Virus record (IMG/VR): IMGVR_UViG_3300031730_000004
Coordinates: 1-63,587 of that record
DNA from: a virus
DNA: 63,587 bases
Reading direction: 5' to 3' (one strand)
Made by a program: the position numbers and the translations under genes. Under the pieces are notes generated by a model. The model was not told the origin of the DNA and ran no database searches. It was given only the letters and a program-made list of their open reading frames with translations. Numbering within the stretch: position 1 is the first letter of the stretch; each line of letters begins with the position of its first letter. Below, one piece after another: positions 48,277-56,662 of the stretch.

Positions 48277-50196
48277 ATGGCTGGCTGGTCTCGAGAGAAG
48301 CGCCTGGCGTTTGAGGCGGCGTTTTACGCCTTCCTGAGCCAATGCCGGATCAATTCGAAGGAAGGCGGGTTCATCTCGCTCGGCGACAACATCTATTACG
48401 GCCAGCGGCTGTTCATCACGGCCATTCTTGACGGGCTTGAACAGGACATCCACGACTTCTACTGCCTGAAATCCCGCCAGCTCGGCATCACCACGATCTG
48501 CCGGGCGCTTTCTGCCTTCTATCTTGGTGTGCACCGCGGACTTTCCGGCGCCTTGGTGTTCGATTCCAACCAAAATATGAACCTGGCGCGGGCTGAACTC
48601 ACAACGATGATCACGGATCTTCCGGAGCGACTTAAATTCCCCGAAATCAAGAAGAAGGGCGGTGACAATCGCGACGGTCTGACCTTGATCAACAACTCCA
48701 AGATATTGTTCAAGTCGGCCGGCATCAAGAAGACCAAAACGTCCGGCACGCTCGGCCGATCGGCCGGCTTGTCGATGGCGCACATGTCTGAACTCTGTTC
48801 CTACGACAACAAGGAAGGCCTGGTTTCCTTCCGCCGCTCGCTGTCTCAGTTTAATCCTGACCGCCTTTATATCTACGAGTCGACCGCTCGCGGCCCGAAC
48901 CAGTGGAAGGACATGTGGGATATCGCGCGCGAGGATACCGACCACTGCATCTGTGTTTTCATCGGCTGGTGGGCGCATGATTTGCAGCGCATTGACCGTT
49001 CGGATGCAAGGGATTGGCCGTTGTACGGTGTCCAGCCGCCGACGCAGTCGGAGCAGAGCAAGATCGATGCCGTTAAGGAAATGTACGGCTACGAGATTTC
49101 CCAAGAGCAGTTGGCATGGTACCGTAAGCTGGTTGATCCTGCCGCGCGCGTCGAGGGCGATGTCGATGCCGGCTTCGAGGGCGACTCGTTGCAGAAGCAG
49201 GAAGATCCGTGGACCGAGGACGAGGCATTCCAGCAGACCGGCAGCACCTTTTTTGCCGGTGAATCGCTAAAGGATCAGTCCGACAAGTACGTCCAACGCA
49301 AGTCCATGCCTTACATGTTTCTCGGAGGGTCTGAATTTTCGGATATGAAGGTCTATAAGGCCGAGACCACTCGCAACATCGAGTTGAAGGTGTGGGAGCC
49401 GCCGTCGCCCAGTGCAGTCTACGTTATCAGCATCGATCCCGCGTTCGGCGAGAACGAGAACAACGACCGTTCCGCGATCCAGGTTTTGCGTTGTTACGCC
49501 GACGGATGCGATCAGGTTGCCGAGTACGCCTACACCATGATTTCCACGAAACACTTGGCACATGTCGCGGCTGGTATCATGGCATGGTACGGCAACGAGC
49601 CGCTCAGCGAGGTTTATTACATCCTGGAAATCAACGGTCCCGGCGGCGCGGTGCTTCAGGAACTGAAGTCTTTGAAGTTCCAGATCGAAAACGGCTACGC
49701 GCCGATGGAGGAGCAGGGACTTAAGAACATCTTCCGTAACGTCAAGCAATTCATGTACGCCCGTCCGGACTCGCTGTCGGGTGGAGCTTCGGCATGGCAC
49801 TGGAAGACGTCGCCCAGCAACAAAGAGGCGATCATGGAGGAGCTTCGAGGCTTCGTTTCCAATGGGCAGCTTCGTATCCGATCGCACGATCTCGTTGAGG
49901 AGATGAAGAACGTGACTCGGGACGGCGCATCGATCGCTGCGGAGGGCGATTTGAAGGATGATCGGGTCGTGGCAGCCGCTATGGGCACGCACTACTGGGA
50001 TTCCAAGATCCGGCGCAACCTGATCGTTCAAAAGCGGACCCGATCGGCGGAAGCCGCCAAGCGGCAGGCCAGCATTATTGACACCACGTCGCTGTTCAAC
50101 CAGAACATGATGGCGTCGTTCATGAACCAGAAGGCGCAGACCCGGGTACAGGCGCAGCGACTGGCGATGAAGAACGCATGGAGGTACGGACGGTGA
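48277..50196 (+). CDS. terL: Terminase large subunit
   Basis: LKSRQLGITT (Walker-A-like), YIYESTARGPNQW, and a nuclease-domain pattern VYVISIDPAFGENENNDRSAIQVL. Followed by the portal gene. Confidence 0.8.
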   Translation: MAGWSREKRLAFEAAFYAFLSQCRINSKEGGFISLGDNIYYGQRLFITAILDGLEQDIHDFYCLKSRQLGITTICRALSAFYLGVHRGLSGALVFDSNQNMNLARAELTTMITDLPERLKFPEIKKKGGDNRDGLTLINNSKILFKSAGIKKTKTSGTLGRSAGLSMAHMSELCSYDNKEGLVSFRRSLSQFNPDRLYIYESTARGPNQWKDMWDIAREDTDHCICVFIGWWAHDLQRIDRSDARDWPLYGVQPPTQSEQSKIDAVKEMYGYEISQEQLAWYRKLVDPAARVEGDVDAGFEGDSLQKQEDPWTEDEAFQQTGSTFFAGESLKDQSDKYVQRKSMPYMFLGGSEFSDMKVYKAETTRNIELKVWEPPSPSAVYVISIDPAFGENENNDRSAIQVLRCYADGCDQVAEYAYTMISTKHLAHVAAGIMAWYGNEPLSEVYYILEINGPGGAVLQELKSLKFQIENGYAPMEEQGLKNIFRNVKQFMYARPDSLSGGASAWHWKTSPSNKEAIMEELRGFVSNGQLRIRSHDLVEEMKNVTRDGASIAAEGDLKDDRVVAAAMGTHYWDSKIRRNLIVQKRTRSAEAAKRQASIIDTTSLFNQNMMASFMNQKAQTRVQAQRLAMKNAWRYGR

Positions 50197-50288
50197 TTCA
50201 ATACGTTTTCGTAGCGTTGGGCGCGCTCACAGCTATTGCCGCTGTTGGATCGCTGCTCGTCTTGACCGCAAAAGCATGGGATCGCTGA
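50193..50288 (+). CDS. Single-TM miniprotein (31 aa)
   Basis: Own translation: VIQYVFVALGALTAIAAVGSLLVLTAKAWDR. GTGA overlap with the terL stop and TGATG overlap with the next start. Confidence 0.35.
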   Translation: MIQYVFVALGALTAIAAVGSLLVLTAKAWDR

Positions 50289-50833
50289 TGGCCGTCATCC
50301 TCAAATGCCCCGCCTGCCGGGAAAAGTTCAAGTACGACGTCAGTCAGGGCTGGCCCGACGAGTGCCCGATCTGCAAGACCGACATCAACAACCGGCGCGC
50401 CGACGACGATGTGGTGATGCCGAATATCCTGTCGTTCAAGACCAAGAACAACGACAAGGTCGCTCGCGACATCATGGACGGCTCGGTGCAGCGTGCTGAG
50501 ATGGCTGCTGTCATGGCCGGCACCAGCGTCGAGGACATGGCGGGTCTTAAGATCACTAACCTCAACGATCGCAACGACACCCAGTTTGCAACCAAGGATG
50601 AGGTCAACGATGTAACCCGGCACATGGATGTGATGAAGGCGCAGGGCATGCCGGTTGGATTCGGTGCCGGCTCGGCTCAAGCCATGGGGCAGGCCGCTCA
50701 AGCGCACGTCGGTGACAGCCCTTACGCTGGTCTGCGTGAGCGTAACCGGTTACAGAAATTCTTGCCTCCTATCGGACAGGCCCCGCTGCCTCGCCAGATC
50801 ACTGATAATCCGAATTACCGGTCGCCGGTATGA
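50288..50833 (+). CDS. Zinc-ribbon protein (181 aa)
   Basis: MAVILKCPACREKF...CPICK. An alternative ATG lies at 50276. Confidence 0.45.
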   Translation: MAVILKCPACREKFKYDVSQGWPDECPICKTDINNRRADDDVVMPNILSFKTKNNDKVARDIMDGSVQRAEMAAVMAGTSVEDMAGLKITNLNDRNDTQFATKDEVNDVTRHMDVMKAQGMPVGFGAGSAQAMGQAAQAHVGDSPYAGLRERNRLQKFLPPIGQAPLPRQITDNPNYRSPV

Positions 50834-52557
50834 TTCGCGACATCCCGACAGACACGAAGCTGCTTGTTCCGTTCGCGAACGAGTTGATCGAGACCTGTCG
50901 GGTCAGTCAGGCCAATCGCGCCGCTTATTATCGCTTGCTCAACATGATCGCCGAGACCGGCCGCGCGGACGGCGGCAAGGCGCTCATCAACACGATGAAC
51001 TATCACCTCGAGCGGACGCAGTCGCATCTGTTCTCGCCGATCGAACTGAAGTTCGCCTGTGACTTCGACAACGACTACAAGCCTAACGACATCAAGCGCG
51101 GGCAGGTCGTCGCCAAGCACCTGACGCGGCACTGGGAGCGGTCGGGGTCCGGCACTTTGTTTGGTCAGGGCGTCAAGGAATCGTTGAAGTACGGCGCTTC
51201 GATTTTCAAGCAGTGGCCGAAGTCGGAAGGCTCGGCCGGCAAGGAGCGCATTTCTTACGAGAAGCAGCTGGTGATGCCGTGGAATTTCGGCGTCTACAAA
51301 GAGAGCGAAGCCGACATCGATAACCAGGAAGCGCTGTGCGAGACGTCGTACCTGACCGGCCCCGAGGTGTGGCAGCGGATTTATCGGCTGCCGAAGGCCG
51401 AGGAGATGTTCAAGAACATCATGGTGCACGCCCACATGGGGCAGAGCACCGGCAGTGGTCCGGACAGCTTTTTTCATCAGGTGCTGTCGACCTCGGTGCT
51501 CAACACCGGAGTGCAGCAGTCGACACGGCCACTGCCTGGCGGCATCGTACAGCTCGGCAATGACCCGAACTATCCGACCATCAGCCCGATCGACGGGGCG
51601 CCGACCGTCAAGTTTCACGAGTTGTGGGTCAAGGACGAGGACGACTACGTCACGATCCAGATTGTCGAGCCCGACATCCTCGTGACGCGGTTCAAGCTGT
51701 CGAATTTGATCGGCATTCCGCTCACCCAGCCGTACCGGCTGATTCAGCCGAACCCGTTGCCCGGTTGGTTCTGGGGGCGCAGCGAGCTGATCGATTTGAT
51801 TGAACCGCAGGCGTTCCTGGCGCAATTGTGCGATGACCTGAAGCGGCTGATCGGTCTTCAGATCGACAAGATCCTGTCATTCAGCGGTGAGAACACGATC
51901 ACGGATGAGTCCTACGCGCAATTTCGTCTGTTGGGCTATATGAATCTCGGACAAGGCGGCAAGGCCGAGGATCTGACCCCGAAATTCCCGTCTGAACTGC
52001 TGCCTATCATCAAGTACGTGCAGGAACAGATCAACACGCTCGGGTCATTCCCCGAAATCATGCAGGGCAAGGGTGAGGCGGGCGTGCGTGCCGGTGCTCA
52101 TGCCGAGACGCTGATGAAAACGGCCTCGCCGACCTTGCGCGATCGCGCGCTGCTGACCGAACAGCAACTGGCGTCATGCGCCGACCTCACAATGACGATG
52201 ATGGAGGCGAAAGAGGACCGGAAGTACTGGACCAATCCGGAGGACATGGAGGGGACCGGCTTCATGATCACCGATATCCCTGAGGACTGGCGCATCACCG
52301 TCGACAGTCACTCGTCGAGCCCGATATTCGCTGACGAATCGACGCAATTGCTGTTTGCCTTGCGCAAGGCGGGCGATGTCGACGGTGAGTTCATCATCGA
52401 TCACACCGCGGTGCCCGACAAGGAAAGTGCGAAGGCGTCGCTCAAGCAGCGCAAGCTGGCGGGCGAGCAGATGCAGGAGAAACTGCTCGGTCAGTTGTCA
52501 CCCGAGGGCAAGGACAAGGCGATCGAGGGCATGCTCAAGGGGCATGGAAGGCATTGA
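50830..52557 (+). CDS. Portal protein (575 aa)
   Basis: Size and position downstream of terL and upstream of the scaffold and capsid genes. No motif verified. Confidence 0.6.
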   Translation: MIRDIPTDTKLLVPFANELIETCRVSQANRAAYYRLLNMIAETGRADGGKALINTMNYHLERTQSHLFSPIELKFACDFDNDYKPNDIKRGQVVAKHLTRHWERSGSGTLFGQGVKESLKYGASIFKQWPKSEGSAGKERISYEKQLVMPWNFGVYKESEADIDNQEALCETSYLTGPEVWQRIYRLPKAEEMFKNIMVHAHMGQSTGSGPDSFFHQVLSTSVLNTGVQQSTRPLPGGIVQLGNDPNYPTISPIDGAPTVKFHELWVKDEDDYVTIQIVEPDILVTRFKLSNLIGIPLTQPYRLIQPNPLPGWFWGRSELIDLIEPQAFLAQLCDDLKRLIGLQIDKILSFSGENTITDESYAQFRLLGYMNLGQGGKAEDLTPKFPSELLPIIKYVQEQINTLGSFPEIMQGKGEAGVRAGAHAETLMKTASPTLRDRALLTEQQLASCADLTMTMMEAKEDRKYWTNPEDMEGTGFMITDIPEDWRITVDSHSSSPIFADESTQLLFALRKAGDVDGEFIIDHTAVPDKESAKASLKQRKLAGEQMQEKLLGQLSPEGKDKAIEGMLKGHGRH

Positions 52558-52559
52558 AC

Positions 52560-52597
52560 GACTCCGGAACGTCTTTCAGGGCATTCGTTCCGGAGTC
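52560..52597. terminator. 12-bp perfect hairpin between the convergent portal gene and the antisense cassette
   Basis: GACTCCGGAACG (52560-52571) pairs with CGTTCCGGAGTC (52586-52597) around a 14-nt loop. No clear U-run. Confidence 0.45.
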
Positions 52598-52642
52598 TAT
52601 CAGCCTTCTTCACCAAGAATGCCACTGGCAGGCTGAATAGCG

Positions 52643-53014
52643 TTAGCCTCTGAACCCGCCGCCCATCGGCGTCAGCACGCCCGGCACTTGCCCGCGCGAT
52701 GCCGGACCGATCAACGGATCGCTTTTCGCCGCAGCGACGAACTTGATCTTGACCCGCTCCTCGGCCAGCGAGCGCTGGATGCGCGCGGCTTCGATGAGGT
52801 CGAGGTCTTCGAGCATCACGCCGTGGATCTGCGAGACAGGAATGGCGTAGGTTTGCCCGAAATCATCGGAGCCGATCAACACGTTAAGTTCGGTGCCGCC
52901 ACTCATGATGTTGCCGACGTAAGCATTGTAGGCTTCACCGGCTTTTTCTTCGGTCTTGAAGAGAAGCGCCCACGCCGAGCCGCTTGGTCCGAAGTTGATC
53001 GTCAGGCTGTACAT
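52643..53014 (-). CDS. Hypothetical protein (123 aa); second gene of the antisense cassette
   Basis: AAGGA lies 8 nt before ATG 53014 (MYSLTINFGPSG...). Confidence 0.45.
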   Translation of the reverse strand: MYSLTINFGPSGSAWALLFKTEEKAGEAYNAYVGNIMSGGTELNVLIGSDDFGQTYAIPVSQIHGVMLEDLDLIEAARIQRSLAEERVKIKFVAAAKSDPLIGPASRGQVPGVLTPMGGGFRG

Positions 53015-53018
53015 CAGG

Positions 53019-53240
53019 TCATCCTTTTTTGCGCGGGTCATCGGCCCACTCGTTGAAAGCGTCCACGGGGAATCGATATGGACCGTTGTCGGTGAAGCGG
53101 GTGAAGGGCGGGCGGTGCCGCTTGCGCCTGATATAGCGATACAACGTGTCGAGACTGACACCGATGTGGTTGGCGGCTTCTTTTGCGGTGAACCAGCGGC
53201 GGGCATGAGGCTCAATTTGCATGGAAACGTCGTATAGCAT
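53019..53240 (-). CDS. Excisionase/AlpA/MerR-like HTH DNA-binding protein
   Basis: RWFTAKEAANHIGVSLDTLYRYIRR. The start may instead be ATG 53222. Confidence 0.6.
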   Translation of the reverse strand: MLYDVSMQIEPHARRWFTAKEAANHIGVSLDTLYRYIRRKRHRPPFTRFTDNGPYRFPVDAFNEWADDPRKKG

Positions 53241-53375
53241 CTGAAAAAGCTTTTAGCAATCCTAAAATCGTTGGAATTGCATGCCCTTGCGGTATGGCCT
53301 TCCTCTGGGAACCAAACGAGGTTGTCCCGGCACGAAGAAGTGCGTCCCGTTCACACCACTCCAAGGAGTCGAGCC

Positions 53376-53420
53376 ATGATCGAGCGCAATCGGCGCGGCA
53401 AGCGCAAGCACCGCAAGTGA
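53376..53420 (+). CDS. 14-codon basic upstream ORF coupled to the next gene
   Basis: AAGGAG lies 7 nt before the ATG. Encodes MIERNRRGKRKHRK. Its TGA overlaps ATG 53420 (TGATG). Confidence 0.25.
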   Translation: MIERNRRGKRKHRK

Positions 53421-53809
53421 TGCCTACCCCAGCTCCTGCAGCTCCGGGCGGACAGCCTGCGCAACCTCCATTCGGTTCGACACCCGCCACGGGCTCGACG
53501 CCGAACAAGGGTTACGAAGCTGCCGGATTGCAGAAGCTGGGGGTCGTCGTCAAGCAACTGGAGTCGCTGTTGCCGGAAGTCGGTGCCGGCTCGGATATCG
53601 GCAAGGCCGTCCTCGAATCCCTCAACAAGCTGGTCAAGTTCGTGCCCAACGGGTCCGTGACGCCGGCCGCTCAGAAGAACTCGATCGAGGCGCAGCAGCG
53701 GCAGATGGCCCAGAACAACCAGCAGATGCAGGCCGTGCAGCAGATGCGTCAGAAGATGGCACAGGGCGCGCAGGGCGGCGGACAGCCAGGGATGGGAGCG
53801 GCAGCGTGA
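53420..53809 (+). CDS. Head-module protein (129 aa), Pro/Gln-rich
   Basis: Internal ATG of track ORF 53294..53809. The N-terminal extension has implausible composition. Confidence 0.45.
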   Translation: MPTPAPAAPGGQPAQPPFGSTPATGSTPNKGYEAAGLQKLGVVVKQLESLLPEVGAGSDIGKAVLESLNKLVKFVPNGSVTPAAQKNSIEAQQRQMAQNNQQMQAVQQMRQKMAQGAQGGGQPGMGAAA

Positions 53810-53979
53810 GCATTTTCGAATCCAAGGAACAGATGCCGCCGAAGGATATCAGCCCGGACGTGGTGCGGACCGCGATGACCCCGGCCGAGGTGCATCACAA
53901 CTACATGCCGGCGACGATGCCGCATCGTCAGGCCAGCGTCGAAAACATCCAGCGGCCCCGCCGCGGCCACGACTACTGA
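53806..53979 (+). CDS. Hypothetical protein (57 aa, GTG start)
   Basis: GTGA overlap. Own translation: VSIFESKEQMPPKDISPDVV... Confidence 0.35.
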   Translation: MSIFESKEQMPPKDISPDVVRTAMTPAEVHHNYMPATMPHRQASVENIQRPRRGHDY

Positions 53980-53989
53980 GGAGCGATCC

Positions 53990-54178
53990 ATGTCCAACGT
54001 CAACATCTTCCAGAACAGCACGAAGTCGATCCCGACCTCCGACGCCCAGATCGTTCGCGTCGACATGGAGCAGATCGACATCGGCGGCCGCAAGTCGCAT
54101 CTGCCCGGCCAGTCCAAGGCCACCGACATGACGCTCAGTCACGTCCCGAACATGTCGTCGATGCCGGGGACCAAGTAA
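53990..54178 (+). CDS. Hypothetical protein (62 aa)
   Basis: GAGGAGCGATCC before the ATG. Confidence 0.45.
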   Translation: MSNVNIFQNSTKSIPTSDAQIVRVDMEQIDIGGRKSHLPGQSKATDMTLSHVPNMSSMPGTK

Positions 54179-54181
54179 GTC

Positions 54182-54790
54182 ATGGCGAAGACAGTCGAAA
54201 TCGACGAGGCCGAGTACAACCAGATGGTCGCCCTGCGGGGCATCGCGACCAAGATTGTCGCCAATCCCGCTGCGCGCCGCCGCCTCGAGGAAGCCCAGAA
54301 GCTGGTCGACCCCAACGCGCCGACCCCCATGCTGGATGCCGATCGACTTCAGGCCGAGCCGGTGAATGCGCTCAAGACCGAGCTTTCCACCGAGATCGCC
54401 GCGCTTAGGAAAGAGCGCGAGGACGAGAAGCGAGAGAACGCGCTGGCGCGTATCGCCTCTGAGCAGGAGCGCGGGTTCCGTCGCCTGAAGACTGAGCACC
54501 GCTACACTGACGAGGGTGTCGAGGCGATCCGCAAGCTGATGGAGACCAAGGGTCTCATCGATGTGGATGACGCGGTCGCCATTTTCGAGCGCGCCAACCC
54601 GCCGCAGATGCCGACATCGCCGTCCGGCGGGCTTACCGGCCCGTCATGGGGCTTCACCGACACCAGCGCCGAGTCCGACCAGGCCGTGAAGGATCTGATC
54701 GGCACCAAGGGCGACGTCGAGTCGATCGTTGACCGTATGGCGATGACGGCTTTGAACGAGTTCAGGCAGGCTCACGGGGGTCGTCGTTGA
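54182..54790 (+). CDS. Scaffolding protein candidate (202 aa)
   Basis: Charged helical protein (EIAALRKEREDEKRENALARIASEQERG) between the portal and the major capsid gene. Confidence 0.5.
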   Translation: MAKTVEIDEAEYNQMVALRGIATKIVANPAARRRLEEAQKLVDPNAPTPMLDADRLQAEPVNALKTELSTEIAALRKEREDEKRENALARIASEQERGFRRLKTEHRYTDEGVEAIRKLMETKGLIDVDDAVAIFERANPPQMPTSPSGGLTGPSWGFTDTSAESDQAVKDLIGTKGDVESIVDRMAMTALNEFRQAHGGRR

Positions 54791-55532
54791 TATGACGCAG
54801 TTCGTAGCCAGCATCGCGCAGAAAGTCGGGATAGGTTTTTGCCATCTCGATGATGAATGCGATTTTGTCTACGACGCGTTGGCCGGGTCCGTGATTGCTG
54901 TTGAACAATTCGAGGTTGCTCAGGTCATTGTTGGATCGGTTTCCGTCCCTGTGATGGACGGTTTCTTCGGAAAGCAGATCGCGGGCAAGGAATTTCGACA
55001 TGACGTAGCGATGCTCCATGATATGCTTGCGTCCAGTACGCCCAAGCACCGGGATGGTTATCCACATGTAGCCGTTTCGTTTTTTATGCTTTCCGTATTC
55101 GCCGCGCTCAAATCGTTCCAGCGCTTTGGTCGATTGCGACATTACTTTGCAATCGTGGTTGCAGTATTTTTGCTGTTCGTAAAGGCGGCCGCCTGGTTTA
55201 CGACGTTTGGGATTTTCTTTGCCGCACGACAGGCATACGAAGGTGTTGCCCGATTCGCTTGTTTTGCGGCGACCTACGCCCGAACACTGTCGCGAGCAGT
55301 ACCAAGGATCTCGTCCGTATTTCTTGTGGTATGCGGCGACGAAGTTCTTCATCATCGAGAAATTTTTGCCGCACTCGCGGCAAGTGAAGTTCACGGGAGT
55401 GCGTCCTTCGGACGGGATTCCTTTGGAAAAGCGGTGCGCGCTCCGGCACGCGAGACCGCAGTACTTTCTGTTTTCGCTAGGGAAACAGGCGAAAGGTTGC
55501 TGGCAGTTTTCACAGACTTTCTCAATCGGCAT
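54762..55532 (-). CDS. HNH endonuclease with three zinc-finger-like repeats, antisense within the head module
   Basis: HHRDGNRSNNDLSNLELFNSNHG (HNH). Repeats CENCQQPF...CGLAC, CRECGKNF...CSRQC and CLSCGKEN...CNHDC. AAGGAG RBS before ATG 55532. Low GC. Confidence 0.75.
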   Translation of the reverse strand: MPIEKVCENCQQPFACFPSENRKYCGLACRSAHRFSKGIPSEGRTPVNFTCRECGKNFSMMKNFVAAYHKKYGRDPWYCSRQCSGVGRRKTSESGNTFVCLSCGKENPKRRKPGGRLYEQQKYCNHDCKVMSQSTKALERFERGEYGKHKKRNGYMWITIPVLGRTGRKHIMEHRYVMSKFLARDLLSEETVHHRDGNRSNNDLSNLELFNSNHGPGQRVVDKIAFIIEMAKTYPDFLRDAGYELRHINDDPREPA

Positions 55533-55609
55533 CGATTGGCTCCTTTGTTTGGCGACGAAGGCACCATATCGATGTCGATTGGGATTGTCAAGTAAATAGG
55601 TATGAACAA

Positions 55610-56650
55610 ATGCCTCTCCCGGGTCTAGGAGTTTCCCCCGCTGCGGGTTCACTTTATACGGAGTTGTCTGCAGTAACTCGCAGGGCATTTGTTCCCCGTT
55701 TGTTCGTCCAAATTTATTTTGGAAGTCCAACTCTGTTCTATATGACCGGCAACGCGCAGCGCGCGGCCGGCGGCCTGAACCAAGTGACCATACCTTTGCA
55801 AGGTAACTCGATGGTCCAAGGTCAATTTACTGGTTACGGCGGTGGATTCAACAGCCCTGTCATCACCCCCGGCGTACAAAACGGTCAGTGGAATCTGGCG
55901 TACTGGGTGGTCCCGGTGCCGCTGCCGTTCGGCGAGACCGTGATCCAGGCCACCGAGCGCGAAGTCTCTCTGCTCAAGACCCGCATGAACGACGTCTATG
56001 CGGTCACCCGTCAGCAGTTCGCGCGTCTGAGCTTCACCAACAACACTGCCAACCCGCTATTCCCCGACTCGTTCTACAATGCATTCGATGACGGGACGAA
56101 TGTGCCGACCTATGGCGGCATTAACCGCAACGCGCAGGGCAACGCGGCGTTCAAGGGCCAGTACATCAATCTCAATTCCGGCACGTACTCGCAAGGTGCG
56201 GCGGGCTTCACGCGCGCCGGTATGGCGACGCTGCTGGCCGGTACCACCGACGCGGCCGGCGGCGAGTCCGTCACCTTCGTCGTGATGAACCCGGGCGACT
56301 ACGCGACGCTCAACAACACCTTCATTTCGATCGAGCAGATCAATCCGTCGCCGGGCTCGCAGTACACGATGGACACCGCGGTGCGGTCGTCCTTCCCAAA
56401 CTTGGTCGTATCAGGCATCCCGATCTTCGCTGACCACTTCTGCCCGAAGGGCGAGGTCTTCGGCATCAACGTCAAGTACACCTCGATGTACATGTCGGAG
56501 GATGCCGCGTTCGACTTCAGCGGGTTCTACTCGCTGGTCCCCCTCGGGCAGATCGGCCAGCAGGGCGTGGTGGTCTGCGGTTACGACATTCTTTCCGCCA
56601 AGTCGGTTTCCGGCTTTCACGGGTTCGGCCTTCTCGGCGCCGCGTTTTAA
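55610..56650 (+). CDS. Major capsid protein candidate (346 aa)
   Basis: Size and position after the scaffold gene. High coding regularity. No motif verified. Confidence 0.6.
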   Translation: MPLPGLGVSPAAGSLYTELSAVTRRAFVPRLFVQIYFGSPTLFYMTGNAQRAAGGLNQVTIPLQGNSMVQGQFTGYGGGFNSPVITPGVQNGQWNLAYWVVPVPLPFGETVIQATEREVSLLKTRMNDVYAVTRQQFARLSFTNNTANPLFPDSFYNAFDDGTNVPTYGGINRNAQGNAAFKGQYINLNSGTYSQGAAGFTRAGMATLLAGTTDAAGGESVTFVVMNPGDYATLNNTFISIEQINPSPGSQYTMDTAVRSSFPNLVVSGIPIFADHFCPKGEVFGINVKYTSMYMSEDAAFDFSGFYSLVPLGQIGQQGVVVCGYDILSAKSVSGFHGFGLLGAAF

Positions 56651-56662
56651 GGAGAGCTTCAC

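Noticed and set aside
48022-49104. 360-aa minus-strand ORF opposite dam and terL
   Set aside because: Antisense shadow. The plus strand encodes recognisable methylase and terminase motifs.
50815-51825. 336-aa minus-strand ORF opposite the portal gene
   Set aside because: Antisense shadow with Arg/Leu/Asp-rich composition and no coupling to neighbours.
53318-53352. Two extra GTCCC cores (ttgtcccgg, gcgtcccgt) upstream of the head genes as outlying iterons
   Set aside because: A 5-mer pair is expected by chance in high-GC DNA, and neither copy has the extended GTGGGACA context.
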